Assembly (NCBI GenBank): GCA_963422305.1
Contig: OY729422.1
Span: 2,792,436-2,856,435 of the forward strand
Direction of reading: 5' to 3'
Source: Bryobacterales bacterium
GTDB lineage: Bacteria; Acidobacteriota; Terriglobia; Bryobacterales; UBA6623
DNA length: 64,000 nt
The translations under genes were made by a program, and so were the position numbers. Shown here one piece after another: positions 29,155 through 39,586 of the stretch (position 1 is its first letter; each line of letters starts with the position of its first letter). Below the pieces are notes generated by a model. It had not been told where the DNA came from, searched no databases, and saw only the letters and a list, made by a program, of their open reading frames with translations.

Positions 29155-30114
29155 ATGTCTCGACCGACGATCGCTATTCCCGACGACTACCCTGCGGTGA
29201 TGGGTCCAAGCGCGGCATATCGGTCGCTGATAAGCCGCGCGGATGTCAGCTACTACGACAATCTCCCGGTTTCGACTGACGTCCTGCTCGACCGCATCCG
29301 CGATGCCGAGTACGTGATCAATATACGATCGTCGGTTTCTTTTACCGAGGATGTACTGGCGGCCTGTCCGCGGCTCAAGGTGCTATCGCTGTGGGGTACC
29401 GGAACCGACCATATCGATCTCGCAGCCGCAGCGCGCTTGAGAGTGACCGTCACCAACACGCCGGCGGTCTCGGCAATCGCCATGGCCGAGCATGCCTTGG
29501 CGTTGATGTTGTGCGTGGCGCGGGAGATTCCCCGCATTGACGCCAAGACGAAAAAGGGCGCTTGGCCGCGCGGCTTCGTGACGCAGCTTCACGGCAAGAC
29601 GCTCGGCGTTGTCGGACTGGGCGCCATCGGCCTGCAAACCGCGCGCATCGCCCGCGGCATCGGCATGAACGTCATCGCCTGGACGATGCACCCAGTCGGC
29701 AAACCGTTCGACGAGATCGGCATTCGGCCGGTAGATTTAGACAAACTGTACCGGCAGAGCGATGTGGTCAGCCTGCACCTGCGCCAGTCGTCCGACACGA
29801 TCGGTTTTATCGGCAGGCGCGAATTTGGGCTGATGAAACCGTCGGTGATTTTCATCAACACCGCCCGTGGGCCGATTGTCGATGAGGCGGCGCTGATAGA
29901 CGCCTTGCGTTTGAAGTCAATCCGCGGAGCAGGCCTGGACGTTTACGACACCGAGCCCTTGCCTGAAAATCATCCCCTGTCGGCGCTGCCGAACGTCGTG
30001 ATGACGCCGCATTCGGGCGGAGTGACGACCGAGGCGCTCGAAGCCGGGTTGCAACTGGCGGTCGACAACGTCTTCCAAGCCATCGCAGGCAACACGCCGT
30101 ATCGGGTTGCTTGA
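29155..30114 (+). CDS. D-isomer-specific 2-hydroxyacid dehydrogenase family protein
   Basis: Start at ATG 29155 (MSRPTIAIPDDYP). GKTLGVVGLGAIGLQTARIARGIGMNV NAD-binding motif, INTARGPIVDE, and PHSGG catalytic His context. Confidence 0.88.
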   Translation: MSRPTIAIPDDYPAVMGPSAAYRSLISRADVSYYDNLPVSTDVLLDRIRDAEYVINIRSSVSFTEDVLAACPRLKVLSLWGTGTDHIDLAAAARLRVTVTNTPAVSAIAMAEHALALMLCVAREIPRIDAKTKKGAWPRGFVTQLHGKTLGVVGLGAIGLQTARIARGIGMNVIAWTMHPVGKPFDEIGIRPVDLDKLYRQSDVVSLHLRQSSDTIGFIGRREFGLMKPSVIFINTARGPIVDEAALIDALRLKSIRGAGLDVYDTEPLPENHPLSALPNVVMTPHSGGVTTEALEAGLQLAVDNVFQAIAGNTPYRVA

Positions 30115-30127
30115 GGTTTAGTGAAAA

Positions 30128-31012
30128 ATGGGGAGTGGAGAGCGACACCGCTGCATGTGCCGGCGTTTTCTGTCGATTTTTTTCATTGTTTTCGGCTTTG
30201 TGAACGTCGCTGAATCTCAAACCGTCGGGCCGAAAAACGGCTCGTTGGTGATCGTCGGCGGAGCCATGCAGGACCCGGCGATTTTCGAGCGGTTTCTCGA
30301 CTTGGCCGGCGGTCCGGAAGCACCTATCGTGGTGATTCCGACGGCCGGCGGCGCGAAATCCTACGGCGCTCACTGGCCCGGCCTTGCGCGGTACCGCGAG
30401 ATGGGTGCGCGCAACGCGGTGTTATCGCATACCTACGACCGCGGGGAAGCCGACCGGGACGAGTTCGTCGAACCGATCCGCCAAGCCCGCGGCGTCTGGT
30501 TTCCGGGAGGCCGGCAATGGCGTCTCGCCGATGCGTATCTCAACACCAGAGTCCATGAGGAATTGCGGAATCTGTTGGCGCGCGGCGGGGTGATCGGCGG
30601 AAGCTCGGCGGGCGCGACGATTCAAGGATCGTACTTGGTGCGCGGCGACACCGCAAACAACACGATCATGATGGGCGACCACGAAGAGGGCTTCGGATTT
30701 CTGAAGGGCGTGGCGATCGACCAACATCTGCTGCGGCGCAACCGGCAATTCGATCTGCTCGAGGCGATTCGCGCCTATCCTGCATTGCTCGGCATCGGCA
30801 TCGATGAGAACACCGCCATCGTTGTGACCGGCGATCGCTTCGACGTGATCGGGCGGGGTTACGTTGCAATCTACGATGCCAAACGGAGAATTGATACGGG
30901 CGGCGATTTCTATTTTTTGGCTCCGGGAGACCGCTACGACCTCGTGGCGCGGCAAGCGTTTCGCCGACGCGAGAGCTTCGCGCCCATCGAGCGGGTCGTC
31001 GCGCGGCCGTGA
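30128..31012 (+). CDS. Cyanophycinase-like peptidase (S51 family), secreted
   Basis: 294 aa with a signal peptide. LVIVGGA, VVIPTAGGA and GGSSAGATIQGS (nucleophile Ser motif). AIDQHLLRRNR and GIGIDENTAIVV. Confidence 0.8.
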   Translation: MGSGERHRCMCRRFLSIFFIVFGFVNVAESQTVGPKNGSLVIVGGAMQDPAIFERFLDLAGGPEAPIVVIPTAGGAKSYGAHWPGLARYREMGARNAVLSHTYDRGEADRDEFVEPIRQARGVWFPGGRQWRLADAYLNTRVHEELRNLLARGGVIGGSSAGATIQGSYLVRGDTANNTIMMGDHEEGFGFLKGVAIDQHLLRRNRQFDLLEAIRAYPALLGIGIDENTAIVVTGDRFDVIGRGYVAIYDAKRRIDTGGDFYFLAPGDRYDLVARQAFRRRESFAPIERVVARP

Positions 31013-31617
31013 CGATCGGCATCGCCGGCGCCTCAGGCGCGGGAAAGACAACGTTCGCGAAAGCGCTCATGGCGCGCATGCCCGATGCGGCGCTGCTGTC
31101 GATGGATTCGTATTACCGCGACCTTTCTTACTTGTCGCCGTCCGAACGGGACGCGGTGAACTTCGACCGCCCGGATGCGATTGACTGGAAAACGCTGTTG
31201 GAGCATCTGACATCGCGGCGCACCGGGTGGTCCGTGCCTGTCCCCGGCTACGATTTCAAGACGCATACGCGCCGAGCCGAGCCGCGAATCGTCGCCCCGT
31301 CCGCAACGACCGTTCTCGAAGGCATCTTCGCGCTTTGGCATCCCCGGGTGCGCGGCATGCTCGATCTAGCCGTCTTTGTCGATACTGCCGACGATGTCTG
31401 CCGGGGGCGGCGCATCGTCCGCGATGCCGCGGAGCGCGGCCGTCCGCCGGAGTCTGTCCGCCGACAGTGGGAACGCCACACGCTGCCGATGTTCCGCCGG
31501 CATACATCTCCGACGCGCCGCTACGCTGATTGCATCGTCAAGGGCGCAGTCCCGCCCGAGGATGAGGTTCGCCGCATATTCGGTTTCCTCCGCGGCCTGC
31601 CGTCGGACGCCGCTTGA
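31009..31617 (+). CDS. udk: Uridine kinase
   Basis: The GTG start overlaps the upstream stop (GTGA). P-loop GIAGASGAGKTT. SMDSYYRDL, NFDRPDAIDW and ILEGIFAL motifs. Confidence 0.85.
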   Translation: MTIGIAGASGAGKTTFAKALMARMPDAALLSMDSYYRDLSYLSPSERDAVNFDRPDAIDWKTLLEHLTSRRTGWSVPVPGYDFKTHTRRAEPRIVAPSATTVLEGIFALWHPRVRGMLDLAVFVDTADDVCRGRRIVRDAAERGRPPESVRRQWERHTLPMFRRHTSPTRRYADCIVKGAVPPEDEVRRIFGFLRGLPSDAA

Positions 31618-31647
31618 CCGCCGGCCTCCCGGATAAACTTAAGATGG

Positions 31648-33645
31648 ATGATTCAAATCACCGCGGCCAAAATGCGCTACGGCGACCGGATACTGTTCAG
31701 CGGTCTCGATTGGCTGATCGTACCCGGTGACCGCGTGGGCGTCGTCGGCGCCAACGGCGCGGGCAAATCGACCCTGCTCAAAGTTCTCAACGGCATGGAG
31801 CACCTCGATTCCGGCGCCGTCTCGATGCAAAAAGGCATCCGCATCGGCTATCTCCCGCAAGACGGGCTGAAGCTTTCGGGCCGTACCGTCTTCGAGGAAT
31901 GCTTAAGCGTGTTCGATGAGGCTGTCTCCCTCGAGGAAGAACTGGAGGATCTTGCGGATAAGATGTCGGTTCTCGACCCGACCGGCGGCGCATACCAAGC
32001 CGTCATTGACCGCTACGAATGGTGTTCCAACCGCTACCAGGCGCTCGACGGCTACACGAAGGAAGCCCAAGTCGGAACGGTACTGGGGGGCTTGGCGTTC
32101 CCGAAAGAAGACTGGGGCCGCCCCTGCGAGGAATTTTCCGGAGGGTGGCAGATGCGCATGGCGCTGGCCAAACTGCTGCTCGAAAAGCCCAACCTGCTGC
32201 TGCTCGACGAGCCGACGAACCATCTCGACCTGGAGGCCCGCAACTGGCTCGAGGACTATCTCAAAGACTATCCCTACGCGTTCCTCGTCATCTCGCACGA
32301 CCGCTTTTTTCTGGATACGACGGTCAACAAGATCGTCCATCTCTGGAACGGGCGGGCGCACTTTTACGTGTCGAATTATTCGAAATTCGAAAAGCTGAAG
32401 GAGGACCGCTTGGCGCGGCTGCGGGCGGCCCATAAAAACCAGCAAAACCGCATCGAGCAACTCGAAGCGTTCATTCATCGCTTCCGTTATCAGGCAACCA
32501 AGGCGAAGCAGGTTCAGAGCCGCCTCAAGGAGCTCGAAAAAATCGAGCGCATCGATCTGCCGTCCGAAGAGAAAACGATCCGTTTTAAATTTTCCCAGCC
32601 CCATGCCTCGGGGCGCGTCGTTGCCGAGCTCAAGGACGCCGCCAAGAGCTACGGCGAGACCCGCGTCTTCTCCAGCGTCTCGCTCCATGTCGAGAAGGGC
32701 GACCGCATAGCGCTCGTGGGAGCGAACGGGGCGGGGAAGTCCACCTTGATCCGCCTGCTGGCCGCAATCGACCCGCAGACCGCCGGTATGCGCAAAATCG
32801 GGCACAAAGTCGATATCGACTATTTTGCTCAGGATCAGTACAAGGAACTCGACCCTGAAGCCGTGCTCTTTGACGATCTGGCCTCGCGGGTACCCCAGTC
32901 GAGCGACTCGCAGATTCGAGGCTTGCTCGGATGTTTCCTGTTTTCCGGGGACGATGTTTTCAAAAAGATCAAAGTTCTCTCCGGCGGCGAGCGCAACCGT
33001 TATGCGCTCGCCAGAATGCTGGCGAAGCCCGGCAACTTTCTGCTGATGGACGAGCCCACCAACCATCTCGATCTGCGCGCCAAAGACGTGTTGCTGCAAG
33101 CGTTGCTCGACTTCAACGGTACGCTCGTTTTCGTCTCGCATGACCGCTACTTCATCGACCGCCTGGCGACGAAGGTATTCGCCGTCGGCGGCGGAAAGGT
33201 GGACGTTTATCCAGGCAATTACGAGGACTATCTGTGGGCTTTGGAGAGGAGAGGCGCCGCCGAGAAAGCCGCTGCCGCAATCAGCCCGGAGTTGCAGGCC
33301 GCACTCGCAGTCGCTGGGACTGCTCCCAACAGCATTTCCAAAAACGGCGGCTCCGGCAGACTCTCCGGCAAGCAAGGGAAACGTCTCAATCCGCTCAAAG
33401 CCGAAAAAATGCGCAAACGAATCGCGGCGCTCGAAAACGAAATTGCAGCGCTCGAAGACGAGAGCGACAGGCTTCAGGCCGAGATCGGAGAAAGCGGGTG
33501 CAATCATGAGCACCGCCGCCGCGTTCTCGTCGATATCGAGGAACGCCGGCAGTTAATCCAGGAGCGAGAAAGCGAGTGGACGGAGTTGGTCGAGCGATTG
33601 GAAAGCGCTGCGGGGCCGCTTGCGCAGCCAATGGATAGTGGATAG
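31648..33645 (+). CDS. ABC-F family ATPase (two ABC domains plus C-terminal coiled-coil tail)
   Basis: 665 aa. Two Walker A motifs (GANGAGKST twice), signatures LSGGWQMR and LSGGERNR, and two LLLDEPTNHLD / LLMDEPTNHLD Walker B motifs. No TM segments. Confidence 0.92.
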   Translation: MIQITAAKMRYGDRILFSGLDWLIVPGDRVGVVGANGAGKSTLLKVLNGMEHLDSGAVSMQKGIRIGYLPQDGLKLSGRTVFEECLSVFDEAVSLEEELEDLADKMSVLDPTGGAYQAVIDRYEWCSNRYQALDGYTKEAQVGTVLGGLAFPKEDWGRPCEEFSGGWQMRMALAKLLLEKPNLLLLDEPTNHLDLEARNWLEDYLKDYPYAFLVISHDRFFLDTTVNKIVHLWNGRAHFYVSNYSKFEKLKEDRLARLRAAHKNQQNRIEQLEAFIHRFRYQATKAKQVQSRLKELEKIERIDLPSEEKTIRFKFSQPHASGRVVAELKDAAKSYGETRVFSSVSLHVEKGDRIALVGANGAGKSTLIRLLAAIDPQTAGMRKIGHKVDIDYFAQDQYKELDPEAVLFDDLASRVPQSSDSQIRGLLGCFLFSGDDVFKKIKVLSGGERNRYALARMLAKPGNFLLMDEPTNHLDLRAKDVLLQALLDFNGTLVFVSHDRYFIDRLATKVFAVGGGKVDVYPGNYEDYLWALERRGAAEKAAAAISPELQAALAVAGTAPNSISKNGGSGRLSGKQGKRLNPLKAEKMRKRIAALENEIAALEDESDRLQAEIGESGCNHEHRRRVLVDIEERRQLIQERESEWTELVERLESAAGPLAQPMDSG

Positions 33646-33689
33646 CAAGATCGCCGCCCGGGACGGAAAGACGCTCCGGCCTGCCTTCC
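33635..33689. repeat. Copy B of the intergenic repeat (see 27137-27199)
   Basis: Overlaps the last codons and TAG of the ABC-F gene and extends into the convergent intergenic region. Confidence 0.5.
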
Positions 33690-33809
33690 GATTCATTCGG
33701 GCGCCCGCCGATCTCACCGGCAATCTCGGCCGCAATACGTTCCGCTTCACCCTGCGGCTGGAGTTCTGGTCCCCGGCGCGAACGATTCCGCGGCGCTTGC
33801 GGTTCGCCT

Positions 33810-34691
33810 TCAAGACCGTCGCGGCCGTTCAAGCTTGCGCAGGTCCATGTATTCCTTGAGGCAATCCGTCAAGGCAGGCATGGGTAAAATGCCCTCCGCC
33901 TTGATCTTGGCGTTCGAGAGCGCCGCATAGCGGGGCCTCTTCGCGGCCGTCAGATACTCGTGGCGCGTAACGGCGGAGATATCGGCTTCCTTGCCGGCCG
34001 CCTCCGCGATCTTCACCGCGTAGGCATGCCAGGAAATCTCTTGACCGCCTCCCAAGTGGTAGAGACCATAAGGAATCTTCTTCTCCAACAGGTCGATCGA
34101 ACGGACCGCCAACGCCGGACTGTAAGTAGGTGTGGCGACAAAGTCTTTCACAATCCGTAGCGGAGACCCTTCGTCCGCCTTGCGCAAGATCAATTCCGGG
34201 AAATTGCCGAGATTTGTGTACCGCCCCGCCGGTCCGAAGACCCCCGCAACCCGAACGACATACTGTTTTACGCAGTATGCCTGCACAAAAAGCTCGCCGG
34301 CAAGCTTGGAAATCGCATAGGTCGACGGCGGCTGCGGTTGATCCTGCTCGGTATAGGGCGTTTTCTTAGTCCCGCTAAAAACGTGGTCGGTGGAGTAGTG
34401 GAGCAGAGTGGTCCCCGTCTCCGCGCAAGCCGCGGCGATGCCCTGCACGGCGACTGCGTTGACGCGCATTGCGGCCTCGGGCTGGGTTTCGGCGAGATCG
34501 ACTTTGTTGTAAGCCGCGGTGTTGATCGCCCAGTGCGGCCGATAGCGCTCGATGGTGTCGAGCACGGCAGCCGCGTCCGCGACATCGAGCTTTTCACGCC
34601 GCAGCGCCAGGATACTGTGGCCGCGCTTGCGGCATTCACGGATCAAATCAGTGCCAAGCTGTCCACCCGCGCCGAAAACGATCACTCTCAA
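33810..34691 (-). CDS. rfbD: dTDP-4-dehydrorhamnose reductase
   Basis: 293 aa. MRVIVFGAGGQLG, INTAAYNKVD, HYSTDHVF and YAISKLAGE (YxxxK) are typical RmlD motifs. Confidence 0.88.
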   Translation of the reverse strand: MRVIVFGAGGQLGTDLIRECRKRGHSILALRREKLDVADAAAVLDTIERYRPHWAINTAAYNKVDLAETQPEAAMRVNAVAVQGIAAACAETGTTLLHYSTDHVFSGTKKTPYTEQDQPQPPSTYAISKLAGELFVQAYCVKQYVVRVAGVFGPAGRYTNLGNFPELILRKADEGSPLRIVKDFVATPTYSPALAVRSIDLLEKKIPYGLYHLGGGQEISWHAYAVKIAEAAGKEADISAVTRHEYLTAAKRPRYAALSNAKIKAEGILPMPALTDCLKEYMDLRKLERPRRS

Positions 34692-34709
34692 ATTGAAATT
34701 CTATCAGCC

Positions 34710-35984
34710 CTATCGGATGACCGCGCGCATCGCCTGCGTCAACTCAAGACGCGCCTTGTGGGATTCTGCGGTCGACCGGTCGACCGGAACAAATGCTTTT
34801 TCCTCTCGCCCCGATGACATGTCGAACAGACGTCCTTCGTCGTACAATTTCCACCGCTGCGTCCGCATCGTTCGGTTTTCGCCGCGTTCCGCGAAGGCAT
34901 AGCGCCGTGCGCCCGGCCCCTCGCCGCGCAGCCGCGCAGCCAGACTTTTGCCGTTGAGACCGGCGGGCGGGGTTCCGCCGGCCAATTCGACGAACGTCGG
35001 CAGCCAATCGCTGAAATCTACGAGGTCGTCGACCGTTTGGCCGGCATCCAGGACGCCCGGCCAATTCGCAATCAGCGGAACGCGCGTCCCCGCGTCCGTC
35101 AGTTCGCCTTTGCCGCCCTTGGTCTTCTGTCCTTTCCACAAAAACTCGATCGGCTGCTTCAGCATCTTCTGATTCTGCGCTGTAAAGTAATAGCTCTTCG
35201 GCGTCCCGTTATCGGCCGTAAAGATCACGATGGTGCGCCTACGGATCCCTGCTTCATCAAGGGCGTCCACAAGCCGCCCCACCCGTTCGTCCATGTTTTC
35301 GACCATGACCTTGTAACTGTCGTAGTGACCCTGCGGACCCAACGGCGGCGGCGAGCCGATATCGTCGGTCACATCGTGGGCCAGCGCCATCGGGTAATAC
35401 GCAAAAAACGGCTTGTCCTTATAGCGCTCGATAAATGCCGTGAGAAACTCCACGTAAACATCAGGCCCGTAGCGGTCGTTCGTATCGGAACGCACGCGGC
35501 CGTTCTCGTAAATCATCGGTCGGTAATATCGGGGACCTTCATGCCATCCGAAGAGCGCATAGGCATCGAATCCCAACCTGCGCGGATGGTCGGGATCGTC
35601 CCGCAGCATCGTCAATTGCCACTTGCCGGCAACCGCCGTCGCATACCCTAATTTCTTCAGTGCGTTCCCGATCGCGTTCGCCTCTTCGGTTTTGGGGAAA
35701 GTGCCCCACTGCGGGCTGCCGACTCGGAAGGGATATTTCCCGGTCATGATGGCAATCCGCGACGGATGACATACCGGCATCGAGTAACAGTGCCGGAACC
35801 GTGCGCCGCCGGCAGCCAGCGCGTCCACCCGCGGAGTTGCGTACGATTGACCGCCGTAACAACCGACGGCCTGGTCCCCGACGTCGTCGGCCATGATAAA
35901 TACGATGTTGGGTTTCTCCGGCACGGCGGCGGGCGCCGAACCGAGTGCCGCAAGCAAGGGCAACAACTTACGCATGAGCTTCAA
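34710..35984 (-). CDS. Sulfatase
   Basis: 424 aa with a signal peptide. NIVFIMADD and PVCHPSRIAIMTGKY signature. Confidence 0.9.
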   Translation of the reverse strand: MKLMRKLLPLLAALGSAPAAVPEKPNIVFIMADDVGDQAVGCYGGQSYATPRVDALAAGGARFRHCYSMPVCHPSRIAIMTGKYPFRVGSPQWGTFPKTEEANAIGNALKKLGYATAVAGKWQLTMLRDDPDHPRRLGFDAYALFGWHEGPRYYRPMIYENGRVRSDTNDRYGPDVYVEFLTAFIERYKDKPFFAYYPMALAHDVTDDIGSPPPLGPQGHYDSYKVMVENMDERVGRLVDALDEAGIRRRTIVIFTADNGTPKSYYFTAQNQKMLKQPIEFLWKGQKTKGGKGELTDAGTRVPLIANWPGVLDAGQTVDDLVDFSDWLPTFVELAGGTPPAGLNGKSLAARLRGEGPGARRYAFAERGENRTMRTQRWKLYDEGRLFDMSSGREEKAFVPVDRSTAESHKARLELTQAMRAVIR

Positions 35985-36008
35985 TTATACGGACTACCGT
36001 CCGATCCC

Positions 36009-37382
36009 TTACGCGAACAGTTCCTCGACAACCCGATTGGCCAACAACTGCGTAGGCGAGAAAATCTCGATGTAATAATAAGCACGCCCCGAGGGGGTCT
36101 CTTCGATCTTCTTGGTCCAATCGATACCCATCGCGGAATAGATCGTCGTCGCCAAATCTTCCGGATAAACCCCGCGTCCGCCGCTCCAACCGGGATCGAC
36201 GATCTTCGCGCCGTGCTCGTCGGTGCCGCCGAGCACTTGCCCGGGCTTGACTCCGCCGCCTGCGAACAACGCGGTAAAGGCGTACTGGTAGTGGTCGCGC
36301 CCTGCGATGTTAGTCAACGCTCCCGGCGTACGTCCGAACTCTCCCACGCAAACAATCAGAGTCTCGTCCAAGACCGAGGAGCCGTCTTCGCGTTTGGCCG
36401 CTTCCAGATCGTCGAGGAGTTGGCTCAGCGCAGTGTCGAGTTCGTAGGAGCGCTTATAGAAATTCTGCCGGTCGTAGATCTTGCCGTGATGATCCCAGTC
36501 CTCATGGGTGAGGAAAATGAAATGCGTTCCGGCATCCGCGGTTACCAGGTTGCGCGCCAGGATGAACGCGTCGCCAGTCGAATTTTTGCCGTAGCGCTTG
36601 CGCTCGTCCCCTTGAATCGAAAAAATTCCGGCACTGCGCGGATCCGACATCATTTCGACCGCGCCTTCATAGTAGTTGTGAAAATCTCGGTACGCCTTTT
36701 TCTCGAGTGCCGGGTCCGTTCGGATGCGGCTGTCGAACTGCTGCAGTAATTCCCAGCGGCGTTGAAACTCAGGCAGATCCTCTTTCGCCGGGGCCAGCGC
36801 CGAAATGTCCGAGGCCGTGTTCACATGAAAAGGCGTGTAACGCGCGGGCAGGAACCCCGAGCCGAGCAAGCCGACCTGAGGAAACGTATTGAACCCCACG
36901 AACGGCGGCAGCGAATCGGTTTTCCGCCGGTGCGAGGCATATTCGTAAGCGATAACCGATCCGATCGACGGCAACTCGGGCGCCAGCGCCGGATTGTGCT
37001 GATGCCCTGTCTGCATGTAGTATTGCCCGCGTCCGTGCTGGCTCTCCCAGGCTTCCATCGAACGCAGCAGTGTGTATTTACCGCGTCGTTTGGCCAGTTC
37101 GGGATAGAGTCCCAACGGCCACTTGCCTACTCCCGGCAGAGTGTGAATATTGAAGTCTTGCGGCGTCCACGGGCCTTCCTTTAAATCCCACGAATCCACG
37201 TGCGACTGGCCGCCTTCGAGCATCACAAAGATGCAGAACCGCGCGCTGCCCCGCGGCGCCGCGCGCCCGTCGGCCTTCGCCTTGGGCTGGATTAACGGCA
37301 GGAAGTGGTAACTGGTCATGCCGACGCCGCCGATGCGCAGCATCTGCCGGCGCGTAATGAAATGGTCTTCGAAGCGTCTCAT
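36009..37382 (-). CDS. DUF1501 family protein with Tat leader
   Basis: 457 aa. ITRRQMLRIGGVG leader; CIFVMLEGGQSHVDSWDLK; GEFGRTP. Paralogue of 43092-44516. Confidence 0.9.
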   Translation of the reverse strand: MRRFEDHFITRRQMLRIGGVGMTSYHFLPLIQPKAKADGRAAPRGSARFCIFVMLEGGQSHVDSWDLKEGPWTPQDFNIHTLPGVGKWPLGLYPELAKRRGKYTLLRSMEAWESQHGRGQYYMQTGHQHNPALAPELPSIGSVIAYEYASHRRKTDSLPPFVGFNTFPQVGLLGSGFLPARYTPFHVNTASDISALAPAKEDLPEFQRRWELLQQFDSRIRTDPALEKKAYRDFHNYYEGAVEMMSDPRSAGIFSIQGDERKRYGKNSTGDAFILARNLVTADAGTHFIFLTHEDWDHHGKIYDRQNFYKRSYELDTALSQLLDDLEAAKREDGSSVLDETLIVCVGEFGRTPGALTNIAGRDHYQYAFTALFAGGGVKPGQVLGGTDEHGAKIVDPGWSGGRGVYPEDLATTIYSAMGIDWTKKIEETPSGRAYYYIEIFSPTQLLANRVVEELFA

Positions 37383-37402
37383 CGCAGCGGCCTCGTCTTA
37401 TC

Positions 37403-39244
37403 TCATCGGTGAAACAAAAACTCCACCTTGTTCATTAAAAGCCATTGCAGATCTTCTCCGCCGGCTTCGCGGCCGCGGTCTGCAAGCAGCGTCAATGCGG
37501 AATCCTTCTCGTGATTTTCGGGGCCGCGGGTCAAGAACCGCCAGAACAGCGACTCGATGATCTCTTCGTTGCCCATGTCGTCGGCAAGCAATTCTGCAAG
37601 ATAGCTTCCCGGGCGCGGCTCGGCCTTTTCCTTTACCAAGCTGCTGTTCATCATCAGCGCCGCCTGAACGATCGAGCCCTCTCGCTTCGGCTCGTTGAAT
37701 TCGCGGTTCGCCTGGCCGAATGATTCCGCGAAAAACTGCAAGTCCAATTGCGTTTTCGGATTGAGATTCGGAGCGCGTTTGAGGTCCGCCGGTCCGCGCA
37801 TCTGCACCATGTACTTTACCGTTTTGTCCGTTAAGGGAATGCGGATCGGAATGTGCAGGTTGGTCGCTTTCATCACGGCGTCGTAAACCTGCTCGGAGGA
37901 CATGCGCCGAACGAACTTGCGCGCGAAATACTTGGCGTAACCGGGCTTCCACTCAGCCGGAAAGCTCGATGCAAGCTGATATGCCGACGACTTCGCGATG
38001 GTCTTTTGCAAGTGCTGGATGTCGTAACCGCTGTCTATAAAGTCCTGCGCCAGCCGGTCGAGCAGTTCCGGGTGCGTCGGCTGCATGTTCCAGCCGGCAG
38101 GCAGGTTGTCCGGGTCCATTCGCGCCAAGTCGAACCCGTCAACGGGATCGACGATGCCGACGCCCATGAACTCCGCCCAGAAGCGGTTCACCACGCCGCG
38201 GGCGAATTGCGGATGCATGGTAAAGATGCGCGCCAATTCCTGACGCAACGGCTTGCCGGCTTCGGGCGTCGCGCCGCCGAGGATGAATTTCGGCGGGACC
38301 ATTCCCTCGCCCAAACGCGCTACGCGCACCGCGCTCGGCGCGGCCCGCGAATAACCGACCCGCGTATTGTCCTTGTCGTCGATGCGGTATTCGTCTTGCG
38401 TATTCCGCAATTCGACTCGCCGGAGCACCCGTGTATTGCCGAAAAACGCCGCCTGCGCCCAGAGTTCCTCGCGCTTGCGCTCCGTCAGCCAGACGTTGAC
38501 CTGCTCGAGATGATTCGTCCCATCGTGGCAGGAAACGCACTGCAGGTTGATGCCCATGAAATGCTTGAACATCATCACGGTCATCTCGTCGGCTGTGTCT
38601 TCGTGCATGATCTCCGTGCAGTTGTCGGCGAACTGCGCCCAGCGCACGAGATAATTTGCCGGCCCGACGTACCAGTTGCTGCGCGCCTCCGATGTCAACA
38701 ACTCCCGTACCAACTCGTCGTACGGCTGGTTGAGCAGCAGAGCGTCGGCAATATAGTCGTGAAACAGATTCCGTCCCGCCCAGCCGATCCGGTTCTGGCT
38801 CGTACGCCACAGGTCGAGATGCCAATGCGTCCAACGGTCGCGCCAATCGATGCTCCCCACCAGTTTGTCGATCAGTTTGTCTCTTTTTGCCGGGTCGCCG
38901 TCTTCCACGAACGCGCGGGCTTCCTTGCCGGTCGGAATCCGTCCGGTAAGGTCTATGTAGATCCGTCGCGCGAAAGTCCGATCGTCCGCTGACGGAGCGT
39001 GCGGGATGCCGTCGCGCTCGATTTTTCGGAAAATGTATTCGTCGATGAAATTTCTTTGGGCGACCCGTCCGGCGGCAGTCGTTCCGCCTGCGCTCAGACT
39101 CTCCGTCAACGCCGACAATTCCGCCCGACGGTCGCCTGAGCGGATTTCCGAGTGGCCGGCCGGCGGCTGCGGGTTTTGCAACTGCTGCCCGAAAGCTGTT
39201 GCTGTCAGGCTTGCGGCAACAAAAATTCCTGGGAGCTTCATCAT
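37403..39244 (-). CDS. DUF1549/DUF1553 (PSCyt2/PSD1-type) protein, secreted, lacking the N-terminal CxxCH module
   Basis: 613 aa with a signal peptide. RRIYIDLTGRIPT, QCVSCHDG and a DUF1553-like C-terminus ending LLMNKVEFLFHR. Confidence 0.88.
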   Translation of the reverse strand: MMKLPGIFVAASLTATAFGQQLQNPQPPAGHSEIRSGDRRAELSALTESLSAGGTTAAGRVAQRNFIDEYIFRKIERDGIPHAPSADDRTFARRIYIDLTGRIPTGKEARAFVEDGDPAKRDKLIDKLVGSIDWRDRWTHWHLDLWRTSQNRIGWAGRNLFHDYIADALLLNQPYDELVRELLTSEARSNWYVGPANYLVRWAQFADNCTEIMHEDTADEMTVMMFKHFMGINLQCVSCHDGTNHLEQVNVWLTERKREELWAQAAFFGNTRVLRRVELRNTQDEYRIDDKDNTRVGYSRAAPSAVRVARLGEGMVPPKFILGGATPEAGKPLRQELARIFTMHPQFARGVVNRFWAEFMGVGIVDPVDGFDLARMDPDNLPAGWNMQPTHPELLDRLAQDFIDSGYDIQHLQKTIAKSSAYQLASSFPAEWKPGYAKYFARKFVRRMSSEQVYDAVMKATNLHIPIRIPLTDKTVKYMVQMRGPADLKRAPNLNPKTQLDLQFFAESFGQANREFNEPKREGSIVQAALMMNSSLVKEKAEPRPGSYLAELLADDMGNEEIIESLFWRFLTRGPENHEKDSALTLLADRGREAGGEDLQWLLMNKVEFLFHR

Positions 39245-39586
39245 GTCTTAGGCACAGTTTAGACGATCCCGCCGGCGACTGCCGCTCGATTTGCGAATTC
39301 AAGCGGGACGCCGGGAGAGGACTGGAGATTCAGCGCGGCAGGTCCTCTTATCATCCTCATTCTTCCTTAGCCGAGGGAGGCTGCTCTATTCGCGAGGGGA
39401 CGGGGCATAGAAGCCGCCGCGCTTATCGCCGGCTGATCGTTGTGAAGCCCGAGCGCGTCAACGCAAACCCGCTCAATCTACTCAATGCCGTGGCTGCTCT
39501 TTCTCGTTCGATACGATTAAGAAAGCACCTTAAGACAGTTCAAGCATGCCGCGCAGCGCCACGGCAGACGGTTCGGAAACGTGTCG